Assembly (NCBI GenBank): GCA_020057405.1
Contig: JAGVFW010000014.1
Location: 2,867 to 66,866 of the forward strand
Length of the DNA: 64,000 bases
Direction: 5' to 3'
Origin: an archaeon
GTDB taxonomy: Archaea; Micrarchaeota; Micrarchaeia; Norongarragalinales; UBA97
Below the pieces are notes generated by a model. That model was given only the letters and a program-made list of their open reading frames with translations. It made no database searches and was not told where the DNA came from. Made by a program: the position numbers and the translations under genes. The first letter of the stretch is position 1; every line of letters starts with the position of its first letter. Shown here piece after piece: positions 9,843 to 19,678 of this stretch.

Positions 9843-10730
9843 ATGGAACGGCTTTTCGTGGTGGGAGCCAGGCCGGCGAAGCACAGCTTGACGCCGCTAG
9901 TGTGGAACGCGATTTTTCGAAAACTTAAGATGAAGGCCCAGTACGAGGCAGTCTCGGCACCGACTTCAGAAGAACTCCACCGCGTTCTCTACCAAGCCCG
10001 CGCGGAAAAGGAAGTCGTGGGGCTCAACATCACCATGCCGTGGAAGGAGGAAGTCGCCCGCCACGTTGATAGTCTTTACGGCACTGCAAAAGCGATTGGC
10101 GCGGTAAACACGGTCAAGTGCACTGAAGGGGGCGAGCTTCACGGCTACAACACAGACGGCTGGGGGGCGGTGCACGCCCTAATGGCCGCCGGAGCCAAAC
10201 TGCGGGGCGAGACGGTCGTAGTCGCTGGCGCAGGCGGCGCTGCCAAATCAATTGTCTTTGAACTCGCCTCAGCTGGCGCACTCGTCAAGTTACACAACCG
10301 CACGGTCAGCCGCGCGATTGAGCTTGCGGGCGAGGTTAACGGTGCCCTTGGCACGGCAGTTGAAGCCGCGGGGCTTGATGACATTGACGGGAACCTCGGC
10401 GACGCGACAGTCTTTCTCAACACCACCTCGCTTGGGGCGCTTGGCGAAATGCGCGAGGCGTCAATCTTGAGTGCCAACCAAGTGCACATCTCGCGGCCAG
10501 ACTGCTTTTTCATGGACGTCGTCTACCGCCCGCGCCAAACCGCGCTCTTGACCCTCGCCGCAAGCGCGGGAAGGCCCGTCGTCTTTGGCAGCGAGATGCT
10601 CGTAATGCAGGCGGTCAAAGGATTCGAGCACTTTTTTGACCGCAAGCTACCCGAAGAATGCATTCCAACAATGCAAAGAGCGCTTGAGACCGCGCTAAGG
10701 CGCCGCGACAGGCAAGTCGAGTCCGCCTGA
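9843..10730 (+). CDS. aroE: Shikimate dehydrogenase family protein
   Basis: HSLTP, NITMPWK, GAVNT, GYNTDG, GAGGAA, NRT, DVVYRP. Confidence 0.9.
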   Translation: MERLFVVGARPAKHSLTPLVWNAIFRKLKMKAQYEAVSAPTSEELHRVLYQARAEKEVVGLNITMPWKEEVARHVDSLYGTAKAIGAVNTVKCTEGGELHGYNTDGWGAVHALMAAGAKLRGETVVVAGAGGAAKSIVFELASAGALVKLHNRTVSRAIELAGEVNGALGTAVEAAGLDDIDGNLGDATVFLNTTSLGALGEMREASILSANQVHISRPDCFFMDVVYRPRQTALLTLAASAGRPVVFGSEMLVMQAVKGFEHFFDRKLPEECIPTMQRALETALRRRDRQVESA

Positions 10731-10765
10731 GGCAATTAAAACTTGCTTTTTCCCATAATTCTTGC

Positions 10766-11806
10766 GTGAAAGTAGCCAATAAGCACTATCGCACGGTGTG
10801 GACGCAAGACGGTAGGGTCTTGATGATTGACCAAAACAAGCTGCCGCACTCCTTTGAAATAACCGCTTGCGGCACTGCCGCGCAAACGGCTAAGGCAATC
10901 AAGGACATGACTGTGCGGGGCGCCCCCGCAATCGGCGCGGCAGCCGGGTTTGCAATGGCCCAGGCGATTAGCGAGAATCCAAAGACTTCAGCCGCGGCGC
11001 GGGCAACGATTGAGTCGACCCGGCCAACTGCAGTTGACTTGTTTTACTCAACCAAGCGCGTCTTTGACGCTGCGGCTCAGGCGACCGACGGGGCAAAAAC
11101 CGCCTGGAGCGAGGCAAACGCCATTGCAGGGGAGAGCGTGGCCGCCTGCAAAGCAATCGGGGAAACCGGCCTTGACGAAGTTTTTGGCAAAAGAAAAAAA
11201 ATGCGCATCATGACGCACTGCAACGCGGGCTGGCTGGCTTGTGTCGACTGGGGAACCGCACTTGCGCCAATTTACGCCGCCAAGGCAAGCGGCCTCGAGC
11301 CGTTTGTTTACTGCACGGAGACAAGGCCGCGGGGGCAGGGCGCGAGGCTAACGGCTTTCGAGCTTTCAAACGAGGGCGTCGACCACGCCATCATCGCCGA
11401 CGGCGCTGCCGCGTGGCTGATGAAAAAAGGCGAGATTGACGCGGTCATCGTGGGCGCCGATAGGATTGCCGCCAACGGCGATACTGCAAACAAGATTGGC
11501 ACTTTCGGGCACGCCATTGCGGCAAAAGAGCACGGCCTGCCGTTTTTCGTCGCCGCACCGACATCCACAATCGACCCCGGCCTAGAGAACGGGGAAAGCA
11601 TCCCGATAGAAGAGCGGGACGAGAACGAAGTCCACCTCGTGCGCGGAGTTGATGAGGCGGGTGTGGTACGCACGGTGCGCTGGACGAACCCGGCCTCGCA
11701 CGCTAGGAACCCGGCCTTCGACGTTACTCCTGCAAGGCTCATTACGCAAATCATCACGGAGAAAGGAATTTCAACTCCTTCGCGCATCAAAGAATTGGTG
11801 GAATGA
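10766..11806 (+). CDS. mtnA: S-methyl-5-thioribose-1-phosphate isomerase
   Basis: VRGAPAIG, RPTAVDL, THCNAGWLA, ETRP..QGARLT, NPAFDVTP. Confidence 0.93.
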   Translation: MKVANKHYRTVWTQDGRVLMIDQNKLPHSFEITACGTAAQTAKAIKDMTVRGAPAIGAAAGFAMAQAISENPKTSAAARATIESTRPTAVDLFYSTKRVFDAAAQATDGAKTAWSEANAIAGESVAACKAIGETGLDEVFGKRKKMRIMTHCNAGWLACVDWGTALAPIYAAKASGLEPFVYCTETRPRGQGARLTAFELSNEGVDHAIIADGAAAWLMKKGEIDAVIVGADRIAANGDTANKIGTFGHAIAAKEHGLPFFVAAPTSTIDPGLENGESIPIEERDENEVHLVRGVDEAGVVRTVRWTNPASHARNPAFDVTPARLITQIITEKGISTPSRIKELVE

Positions 11807-11807
11807 A

Positions 11808-12425
11808 ATGCCTGAAGAATACCGCGGGCCGCGGTTTGAGTCGCGTCACACTACGGCTAGCCCCAGCTACAGCGCCAAACCGGCTATCAGGAAGACCGAA
11901 CTCGAGCAACGCAGGCTGCTTGTGGAATGCTGCCGCGAGTTCTACAAGTTCGGGCTCTCGCCCGAATATACTCACGCAGGGGGCAAAGGCACTGCGGGTA
12001 ACTTCAGTATTCGGACCAAATCGGGTTTTCTGATTACCGGCACGCCAAAGCACGCGGCTACCATCGACACCGAAGGCCTGGTCAACGTGCACGGCGGCGA
12101 GCTTGACAAAAACAAGGTCATTTCAACGGGATTGAAGCTGCCCTCAAGCGAGTCGCTCATGCACCTGGCGATTTATTCTGCCAAACCCGGGGTGGGGGCG
12201 ATAGTCCACTGGCATGATGACAAGCTGCTCGAAAAAATTCCAAAAGGCGTGGTTGAAACCGACGGGAAAGCGCCCGCTGGCACGGTAGAGTTCGCAAAGC
12301 TTGCGGCAAAAGCGGCGCAAAGCATCAAGGGGACTACGGGAGTGATTGCGCTTAAGGGCCACGGGTTCGTGGCGTTTGGAAAAGACATCGATGAAGCAAA
12401 GCGTGCGGCCCTGAAATTTTACTGA
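11808..12425 (+). CDS. Class II aldolase/adducin family protein
   Basis: AGNFSIR, PSSE..MH..IY, VHWH, LKGHG metal-binding motifs. Confidence 0.85.
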   Translation: MPEEYRGPRFESRHTTASPSYSAKPAIRKTELEQRRLLVECCREFYKFGLSPEYTHAGGKGTAGNFSIRTKSGFLITGTPKHAATIDTEGLVNVHGGELDKNKVISTGLKLPSSESLMHLAIYSAKPGVGAIVHWHDDKLLEKIPKGVVETDGKAPAGTVEFAKLAAKAAQSIKGTTGVIALKGHGFVAFGKDIDEAKRAALKFY

Positions 12426-12452
12426 CCTGGCGCGCGGCTAATTTTATGGGCT

Positions 12453-13589
12453 CTAGCGCGTGACTTCAAACTCGCGGATTTCATCAAGAAGCAACTTTGC
12501 GCTGCCTGACTCGAAGTGCGTGCGCACGGGCGAGATGAGCAAGTCGAGTTCGCGGGCAACTGCGGTTTTCAGGTCCATCGGGTGCAGCCCGCCGGCCGTA
12601 AAAGCCGCTTCGAGCTCGGCGTAGGAAGTGAATGTGAGGTCACCGCCGAACTTAGCCGGCCGCTCGACGACCAACTCGGGTTTGGCACGGAAGACCATTT
12701 CGCGCGCGTACTCGAGAACCGGGTTGCCGGCGACGATTTTCGCGGGACAATAGGCTTTTGCAAGCTTTGACGCGATCAGCTCTTTTGAGTCGTGCACGAA
12801 AATGCATGATTCGGGCTTGCTCTTGCTCATCTTGTACTTAAGCGCCCGCTCGTCCGCGTCGCTGCCGGTCACTCCCTCGTCAGAGGCGCTCGCGCTTGAC
12901 TCGCCGTCAAGGCCCAAAAGAATGCGGTGGTGGACTGCGACTGGCTTCTTGAAACCGAGCTTGTCGGCAACGTCTCGCGCAAGCATGTTAGCCTTTCGCT
13001 GGTCTAGGCCGAGCTGGCAGATGATGGGCTCATTGACTGGGTCGTCTGCAAGCTGGAAGATGTCTGCAGCCTGCATGCTGGGGTAAAAAAGCTGGGCGGC
13101 CTGGCGCAAGTCATCCCCGCCCCGCCCCGCGATGGTGAGGGCGCGCTTGGTGCGCGCTTCGCTGTGGTGCCTTGCGACTTGGAAGACCTTAAACCAGTAT
13201 TCCTTGTCTGAAACGAAGTCATCGTAATGTGAGACGACGCTGACTTTGCCTGCGGTCGGCTTTGCTGCAAAAGGCACGCCCGCAGCCTTCCAGACTTCGA
13301 CAAAGTAGTCACCGACGAGCTTGATGCGGGTTAAGTCACCCGCCATCTTCTCGTTAATCCAGGCGTAGCTGTCGGCAAGCAAGAGCTTGAAGCGCACGCC
13401 GGTTGAAAGCATTTGCTTAAGCAAAAGCGGCCGGTAGACGCCGACGGGCAAGTGCGCCACGCCGCTTGGCTCAAAACCATCGTAGGCAACGGGGTGGCGG
13501 TCGTTTTCGAACAACTGCACTAGCTCTTCCTGCGTCACGATTTCCTGCGCAAGGCCACTGACTACCCCTGCCTTCGTTATTGCGTCCAT
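12453..13589 (-). CDS. tyrS: Tyrosine--tRNA ligase (archaeal type)
   Basis: AYDGFEPSG, YPSMQAADIF, GLDQRK, KMSKS, LHPMDLK. Confidence 0.95.
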   Translation of the reverse strand: MDAITKAGVVSGLAQEIVTQEELVQLFENDRHPVAYDGFEPSGVAHLPVGVYRPLLLKQMLSTGVRFKLLLADSYAWINEKMAGDLTRIKLVGDYFVEVWKAAGVPFAAKPTAGKVSVVSHYDDFVSDKEYWFKVFQVARHHSEARTKRALTIAGRGGDDLRQAAQLFYPSMQAADIFQLADDPVNEPIICQLGLDQRKANMLARDVADKLGFKKPVAVHHRILLGLDGESSASASDEGVTGSDADERALKYKMSKSKPESCIFVHDSKELIASKLAKAYCPAKIVAGNPVLEYAREMVFRAKPELVVERPAKFGGDLTFTSYAELEAAFTAGGLHPMDLKTAVARELDLLISPVRTHFESGSAKLLLDEIREFEVTR

Positions 13590-13640
13590 GAGAACAAAAT
13601 GCACTTCCACAATTTAATAACCCCGAGTACTGCGGCTTTT

Positions 13641-14084
13641 CTACAACTTCTTCGAATAGACGTCTACTTCTTTTCCCCAAATCTGCCGCTCTAGCTTGCC
13701 GGTGTGGGAAAAGCCGAATTTTTGGTAGAGTGCCTTGGCTGCATCGTTGTCTGCTGCGACAAGCAGGTCGACGCGGGCCTTGCCGGCCGCCTTGATTTGG
13801 GCAATTGCGTGCTCCAAGAGCGCCGCCGCAATGCCCTTCCTGCGGCTTTCCTCCAAAACGGCGAGGCCGAGCACTTGGGCGCGGTCTTCCTTTAGCTCGT
13901 AGTCCAGAAAGCCGACGCAGTGGCCGTCCTCAATTGCGGCAAAATAGACTATCGCGGGGTTGGCGAGCCGAGTCTTTATCGCGGTGTAAGTGAATTGGGT
14001 GTAAGGGAAGTAGTGCGCAGTCATTGCCGCGATTGCGTAGAGGTGCTTCTCCTCTGCCTTGACTATCGAGATGGCCACTTCCAT
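13641..14084 (-). CDS. GNAT N-acetyltransferase (RimI-like)
   Basis: LAV...RRKGIA, N..A..LYQKFGF. Confidence 0.88.
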   Translation of the reverse strand: MEVAISIVKAEEKHLYAIAAMTAHYFPYTQFTYTAIKTRLANPAIVYFAAIEDGHCVGFLDYELKEDRAQVLGLAVLEESRRKGIAAALLEHAIAQIKAAGKARVDLLVAADNDAAKALYQKFGFSHTGKLERQIWGKEVDVYSKKL

Positions 14085-14172
14085 AAGACAAACCCACAAT
14101 CGCTCACTTAGTAGATTGTTTCGAATGGTTTAAGAATTGTCCTAGAGTAGTATTCCCGGAGCAGACGGCCCT

Positions 14173-14973
14173 ATGATTGAGCTACTCATTTCACCCAAGC
14201 GCGCAAAGCGCGAGCCGTGGGAACTCATGCTGCTCTCGGCTTTCTTCGTCTCCCTGGCTGTTGTCGTCAACCTCACTATCCCCTCGCTTGCAGGCGGGGT
14301 AATCACATTCGCCATGATTCCGGCCATACCACTCATCTGGATGCTTCTAGTGCGGGAGGAGAAGGACGACGAGAAAATGGCGATGCTAAAGACGCGCTCG
14401 TTCCGCTATCATTTGCCAATCATCGAGGTATTCGCATTTTTCTTCCTTGGCGCGACTATCGCCTACATGGCGTGGTACGCGGCTCTAGCCACAATCAATC
14501 CGGCCTCGGCCGACGACATGTTTGCGGCCCAGTTAAAGGAAATCAAGGTAATCGGGCTTTCTTCAAACGATGCTGCAGGCAACCTAATACAGCCGTCGTT
14601 TGCGCTGCACGTGCTTGAACACAACCTCACGGTCCTTGCATTCATGTTCATCTTCACGCTCGTCTACGGCATCGGCTCGATCTACCTTTTACTTTGGAAC
14701 GCCAGCATCATTGGCGTGTTCATCGGCTCGAAACTGACCCAGCTTGGCGTGCCGGGAATGCTTCATTCCGTGCTCGCAATATTGCCGCACGGCATCCTTG
14801 AAGTGACGGCGTACTTCCTCGCAAGCATCGCCGGCGGCATCCTAAGCTTCGCCCTCATGCACGAGCACCACAAGCGAGACGAGTTCAAGTTCATACTCAC
14901 CGACGTTGCACTAATTACAATCGCATCACTGGCGGCACTCGTCCTCGCCGCAGTGCTTGAAAGCACGGGCTAA
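14173..14973 (+). CDS. SpoIIM/DUF95 family membrane protein
   Basis: LLWNASIIG and ILPHGILE motifs, multiple TMs. Confidence 0.85.
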   Translation: MIELLISPKRAKREPWELMLLSAFFVSLAVVVNLTIPSLAGGVITFAMIPAIPLIWMLLVREEKDDEKMAMLKTRSFRYHLPIIEVFAFFFLGATIAYMAWYAALATINPASADDMFAAQLKEIKVIGLSSNDAAGNLIQPSFALHVLEHNLTVLAFMFIFTLVYGIGSIYLLLWNASIIGVFIGSKLTQLGVPGMLHSVLAILPHGILEVTAYFLASIAGGILSFALMHEHHKRDEFKFILTDVALITIASLAALVLAAVLESTG

Positions 14974-15010
14974 GCTCGTTTGTTGCGTGACTGCAAAATT
15001 TAGAAAAAGA

Positions 15011-15943
15011 CTACGCGCCCGACTCAACCGCGTAGGAAAGCAAGCCGATTGAAAACTGCGACGCGAAGGCAAGGCACGCCAGCAGGAATGCAAACGCGGC
15101 CACGCAAAGCACGAGGGCAATCAAGAGCGCGGGTAGGGACGCGCCCAAGACTCCGAACCCGGCGACTGCAAGCAAGAGCGCAAACCCGCCGACGATGACT
15201 GCCGCAAGGGCGCTTGCGATGAAGACAGCCAGCTCGGCAAGAAGAAACGCGAGAGTCGTTAGTGACCGGCGGGAAAACCGAGAGAAGCTCGCCTTAACTG
15301 CGTCAAGCGCCCCGCGGTTGTTGATGACTGCGTCAAACGGGGCGTAGAGAAATGCCATTGACAAGAAGAGTGAGGCGGCGAAATTGATGACGCTGGCCAA
15401 GGCCTTTCCTCCAGCTGTTCCGGTTGCGTCAACAACCAGGCTGACTGCAAACGACGCGAGCCCGCTTAGTATTGCAACGCCCAGCACCGGCCGGAACCTG
15501 CCGAAAGCCTGCACCCGTGCCTGCTCGATTGAACTGACGCGGTAGCGCAAGAGCTGTGCTGCGGAAGAGGCCATGAACGCGTTTACAAAAAGGCCCGTCA
15601 CTGCAAAGAGACCGAAAAGAAAGAGGCCGGCGAAGCCGAGGCCGCCAAGCGATGCGGCGAAGCTCTCGATGCCAACCTTGCCCGCAAGCAATCCCGTGAA
15701 AGAGTGCAGCGCAAAACCTGCGACAAGCACGAGTGCGGCAACGGCGAAGAAAGCATAGTAGGCCATCCCGATTTTTAGGAGCTCGCGGCGCCGGGCAAAG
15801 GCAAGGCCGAAGTTGACGGCCTCGTTGAGACTAAATGACGCCGACCGAAAGGCAAAGGTGGGGTGTGAAGAAATTGGCGCCACGGGTTTCGCTCGTCGCG
15901 ACGCGGGAATTTTCTTCGTCGGCTTTGCCGAAGCTTTTTTCAT
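15011..15943 (-). CDS. Multi-pass membrane protein of unknown function
   Basis: About 6 hydrophobic helices, basic N-terminus. Confidence 0.75.
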   Translation of the reverse strand: MKKASAKPTKKIPASRRAKPVAPISSHPTFAFRSASFSLNEAVNFGLAFARRRELLKIGMAYYAFFAVAALVLVAGFALHSFTGLLAGKVGIESFAASLGGLGFAGLFLFGLFAVTGLFVNAFMASSAAQLLRYRVSSIEQARVQAFGRFRPVLGVAILSGLASFAVSLVVDATGTAGGKALASVINFAASLFLSMAFLYAPFDAVINNRGALDAVKASFSRFSRRSLTTLAFLLAELAVFIASALAAVIVGGFALLLAVAGFGVLGASLPALLIALVLCVAAFAFLLACLAFASQFSIGLLSYAVESGA

Positions 15944-15979
15944 TGCAATTCACTTTTGGACAAAAACGCAATCCCGGGC

Positions 15980-16672
15980 TCAGGCCCTGGCGCCAGCAAC
16001 CCTATGCAACGCGCGCGTCCGCTGGTCGTGCAGGTGTGAAGCCCAGACGGAATAGTTTGGCGCAACATCGGCGTTTGGGGAGCGCCTGAGCAAGCGCACA
16101 GTCTCGTGGCCAATCGACTGGCGGGTTGTCGGAACTTCCCGCGAACGCGTAAGTACGGAAGGCTGAGACATCGGCACACGCCTTCGGGAAACAAGTGCCG
16201 CCAACGACGATGGAGTGGCGAAAGCGCCACGCGGAGGACTGGAAGCGAACTGGCGGAACTTCTCAACCGCGTAAGCCTTTAGCCAAGTGTCATTGCGGCC
16301 CATCTGGCTGATGAACGGCCTTCCCCGCTTGTCCCATTCCTCGCCAAAGCGCGGGTCGACCCACTTTGCACCTATCCTAAAGACGGTCTCCGTGCCAGTG
16401 GGCCCGAAGAGACCGGCTACGGACCCTAGCTCGTTTATCCATGCGCCAACGGATAGCGGATTTTTTCGTATAAAGCTCGCGCCCAGTCTTGGGAAAATAA
16501 GCGCACCGTTAAGCGCATCCTTAAACTCGCCTGAAATTGAGATGCTCGATGGCGCGGCGATAGCTCCGGGCCTAAGCGTAATCGTCGGAACGCCGTTACT
16601 TCCCACGGCGTAATTTCTTATCAACCGCTTGTCAATTGGCATGCTTACGGTAGAAGTCAGCTTGAGGCGCAA
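15980..16672 (-). CDS. Hypothetical basic protein (ORFan)
   Basis: Longest ORF filling the gap; start uncertain. Confidence 0.55.
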   Translation of the reverse strand: MRLKLTSTVSMPIDKRLIRNYAVGSNGVPTITLRPGAIAAPSSISISGEFKDALNGALIFPRLGASFIRKNPLSVGAWINELGSVAGLFGPTGTETVFRIGAKWVDPRFGEEWDKRGRPFISQMGRNDTWLKAYAVEKFRQFASSPPRGAFATPSSLAALVSRRRVPMSQPSVLTRSREVPTTRQSIGHETVRLLRRSPNADVAPNYSVWASHLHDQRTRALHRVAGARA

Positions 16673-16734
16673 TTAAAGCCTTTGCCACCCCCCGGCCAAG
16701 CTTTTAATCAGCGCCCTTCGTCTAATAATTGCAC

Positions 16735-18504
16735 ATGGACTTTTTCGACTTGGCGGCCGTCTTTGGCAAGCTTGAGTCAACTACAAAACGCCTCGAGCTT
16801 ACTGACGACTTGGCAAAACTATTCAAGGAAGCGGACAAGCGCGACGCCAAGGTCCTGGCCTACCTCTGCCAGGGCGTGCTTTTGCCTGACTTTCACGGGG
16901 TCGAAATCGGGCTTGGCGACAAGCTGACGGCGCAGGCGATTGCACTCGTCGCAGGCAAGCCGATAAAGGAAGTCGAGGCGAGCTACCGCAAGAGCGGCGA
17001 CTTGGGCGACACGGCGGCGTCTATGCTTGAGAAGAAAACCCAGCAAAACCTCGCCAACTCAAGTCTTTCGGTGAGGAAAGTTTACGACAACTTCTACAAG
17101 ATTGCAACCTCCGGGGGCGAAGGCAGCCAGGACACGAAAATCAAGCTCTTGGCCGAACTCCTGTCCAACTCATCGCCGCTTGAGGCAAAAGTCATCGTGC
17201 GCTTCGTCACCGGCAACCTGCGCTTAGGCATTGCCGAGCCGACAATCCTAGACGCATTAAGCACCATGGCAGTCGGTGACAAGAGCCTGCGGCCGGATCT
17301 TGAGCGCGCGTTTAACCTTCGAAGTGACCTGGGCCTTGTTGCGGAATTGTTCATCAACCAAGGAATTGAGGAAATCCACAAAATCGGGCCAGAACCATTC
17401 TTCCCCATTCGCCCCGCGCTTGCAGAGCGGCTTGAGAGCGCGGCGGCTATTGTCGAGAAGCTCGGAAGGTGCGCTGTTGAGGCAAAGTACGATGGCTTCC
17501 GCATCCAAGTGCACAAAAACGGCGACGAAGTACGCATCTACTCGCGAAGGCAGGAGCCAATGACCGACATGTTCCCAGACGTTGTGAAGGCCGTTCGCGT
17601 GCAGATTAAGGCAAAGCAATGCATTTTCGAGGGCGAGGCAATTGCCTACAATGACGCAACAGGCGAATTTTTGCCGTTCCAGGCAACCATCCAACGCAAG
17701 CGCAAGCACGGCGTTGCTGCCAAAGCCGAGGAACTTCCAATCAAGCTCTTTGCATTTGAGCTACTCTATGCCGATGGAAAAGACTTGACGCAACTGGCAT
17801 TCAAGGAAAGGCGCAGGCGGCTTGAGAAAATTGTGAAAAAAGGCGACGTGATTGCACCAGCTGACTACATACTCGTAAAAACAGGCGCGGAGCTCGAAAA
17901 GTACTTTGACACTTGCGTTGGCGCGGGCCTTGAAGGAATCATTGCAAAAGACCTGAAAGCGCCTTACACTGCCGGCGCGCGCAAGTTTGCGTGGATTAAG
18001 TTCAAGCGAAGCTACAGGGGCGCGCTTGCTGACACGATTGACGCGGTCATCGTAGGCTATTACGAGGGGAAAGGCAAGCGCACGAAGTTCGGTTTCGGTG
18101 GCGTGCTCACTGCGATTTATGATGAGGAGAACAACCGTTTCCGCACGATTGCGAAGGTAGGGAGCGGGTTTGATGAAAAAGAAATGGCGCAGTACAAGGA
18201 AATGCTCGACAAAATTTTAGTGAAGGAAAAGCCCGCCAATGTCGACTCGATCATCGGTGCGGACTATTGGGTGAAGCCACAGTTTGTTGTTACACTAAAT
18301 GCCGACGAGCTTACGCGCTCGCCAATGCACGCTGCCGCCCTCGGCAAGCTGCCGCACAAGGACGAGGGCCTCGCCCTGAGGTTCCCGCGTTTGGTGCAGT
18401 TGCGCACTGACAAGACTGCGAAGGACGCGACTACGGAGCGGGAAATTCTCGAGCTGTTCGAGCTGCAAAAGCGCGCGAGCTCGATTGTTGAGGGTGGCGA
18501 GTGA
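16735..18504 (+). CDS. lig: ATP-dependent DNA ligase
   Basis: EAKYDGFR, EGIIAK, WIKFK, LRFPR. Confidence 0.97.
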   Translation: MDFFDLAAVFGKLESTTKRLELTDDLAKLFKEADKRDAKVLAYLCQGVLLPDFHGVEIGLGDKLTAQAIALVAGKPIKEVEASYRKSGDLGDTAASMLEKKTQQNLANSSLSVRKVYDNFYKIATSGGEGSQDTKIKLLAELLSNSSPLEAKVIVRFVTGNLRLGIAEPTILDALSTMAVGDKSLRPDLERAFNLRSDLGLVAELFINQGIEEIHKIGPEPFFPIRPALAERLESAAAIVEKLGRCAVEAKYDGFRIQVHKNGDEVRIYSRRQEPMTDMFPDVVKAVRVQIKAKQCIFEGEAIAYNDATGEFLPFQATIQRKRKHGVAAKAEELPIKLFAFELLYADGKDLTQLAFKERRRRLEKIVKKGDVIAPADYILVKTGAELEKYFDTCVGAGLEGIIAKDLKAPYTAGARKFAWIKFKRSYRGALADTIDAVIVGYYEGKGKRTKFGFGGVLTAIYDEENNRFRTIAKVGSGFDEKEMAQYKEMLDKILVKEKPANVDSIIGADYWVKPQFVVTLNADELTRSPMHAAALGKLPHKDEGLALRFPRLVQLRTDKTAKDATTEREILELFELQKRASSIVEGGE

Positions 18505-18515
18505 TGTTTGGAAAT

Positions 18516-19181
18516 CTAGCTTGAGGGCGGGACGGTCCAGTTGAACGTGTGTTTGAGCCTGTGGTCAGCCGTAGTGATTATTGGATTACGCTTTAGCAGT
18601 TTTTGTGCGCTTTCCAGAAACTCGCCGTCAATTGGCCTTGGTGCGCTTGACTGTATCCACAAGAAACCAGCCGAGAGGTCTACCATCACCTTGTGGCTAA
18701 CATCGCCGACCATGGTTGTTGCTATCGCCTGGTTGAAAGGAGTTGTTGGATTGCCACTGGAATTATAGCGCAAAAGATCCTGCAAGAGCGCGCTTTCAAC
18801 TGAACGGTACACGCGGTGGGGAGCTTCAAAGTCCTTTACCGAGTGCGTAAGCCTCCGGAACCTCTTTTTAACGCCTGTGACGACCTTGCCAAAGCCTTTC
18901 GCCGGGTCGCTAGAATATCCCGATACGGCCTGGGCCAAGTGTTTTGCAAGTTCCTTTACGCGCTCGTGCCGTTCTTGCTGCGTCAGGCCCGTTTCAAGCG
19001 GGCTGTTGAGTATTTTAAAGCAGGTCCTAAGCGAATGCGTGTCGCCTTGCGGCGGTAGCACTTCGCTGAATTCAAGCTTGTAGGGATGGCGCTTGCTCAG
19101 CATATAACCAATTGGCATCAGGCGTGTCCTGCGGACTTCCTTCAAGGTAAGCTCGCGTTCTTCCTCTAGTCGCATGCACAC
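18516..19181 (-). CDS. Hypothetical protein (ORFan)
   Basis: 221-aa ORF filling the gap; no recognised motif. Confidence 0.6.
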   Translation of the reverse strand: MCMRLEEERELTLKEVRRTRLMPIGYMLSKRHPYKLEFSEVLPPQGDTHSLRTCFKILNSPLETGLTQQERHERVKELAKHLAQAVSGYSSDPAKGFGKVVTGVKKRFRRLTHSVKDFEAPHRVYRSVESALLQDLLRYNSSGNPTTPFNQAIATTMVGDVSHKVMVDLSAGFLWIQSSAPRPIDGEFLESAQKLLKRNPIITTADHRLKHTFNWTVPPSS

Positions 19182-19230
19182 AAGCTTGATGCTAAGGCCT
19201 TAAATTACTTTTGCCAAAATGTGGAGAAAA

Positions 19231-19404
19231 TCAGCGCTTGTCTTTCGACTCTTTCGCGTCTTTCTCGTATTGCTCGATGTCGCGGCGCATGAGCTCGCGG
19301 ATGTAGTCCTGGACGCTTGGGAACTTGCGTTTATCCTTAGCGTACGCTTCCAAATCCCAGTCGCCCGGGACGGTTACCAAAAAAGATTGAGATTCATTCG
19401 GCAT
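19231..19404 (-). CDS. 57-aa ribbon-helix-helix protein (CopG/CdrS-like), not in ORF track
   Basis: MPNESQSFLVTVPGDWDLEAYAKDKRKFPSVQDYIRELMRRDIEQYEKDAKESKDKR; alternating beta strand then FPSVQDYIRELMRR helix; divergent from ftsZ. Confidence 0.75.
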   Translation of the reverse strand: MPNESQSFLVTVPGDWDLEAYAKDKRKFPSVQDYIRELMRRDIEQYEKDAKESKDKR

Positions 19405-19450
19405 ATAGGCTTTCGACTCTTCTAACCCACCAATAGTCTTACCACCCCCC

Positions 19451-19473
19451 GATATTTAAGGATTTGCGCAAAT
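19451..19473 (-). promoter_or_regulatory. TATA-like box for the RHH gene with adjacent perfect 12-bp palindrome
   Basis: CTTAAATATC on minus strand 19451-19460; ATTTGCGCAAAT 19462-19473. Confidence 0.45.
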
Positions 19474-19616
19474 AGGGGAACTACGGGGGGTAAACGCCCC
19501 AAACCTCCGTCAATCGCCGAAAAGCTTGGAACCGAGACAAAACACTGCCAAAAATCTCGTAAAAGTTGTGGTGCCACGCAAAACATAGCCCAACATATAG
19601 AATCATATTACCGGAA

Positions 19617-19632
19617 TAAAAAGGTTTATAAA
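19617..19632 (+). promoter_or_regulatory. BRE/TATA promoter of ftsZ cluster
   Basis: AAAAAGG-TTTATAAA about 50 nt upstream of ATG; GAGGATGA RBS. Confidence 0.6.
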
Positions 19633-19678
19633 TTGAGCCTATGTGTGTAATGCACAACCCAACCTGAGGATGATTGCA

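Noticed and set aside
19219-19425. 68-aa plus-strand ORF
   Set aside because: Antisense shadow of the more credible RHH gene
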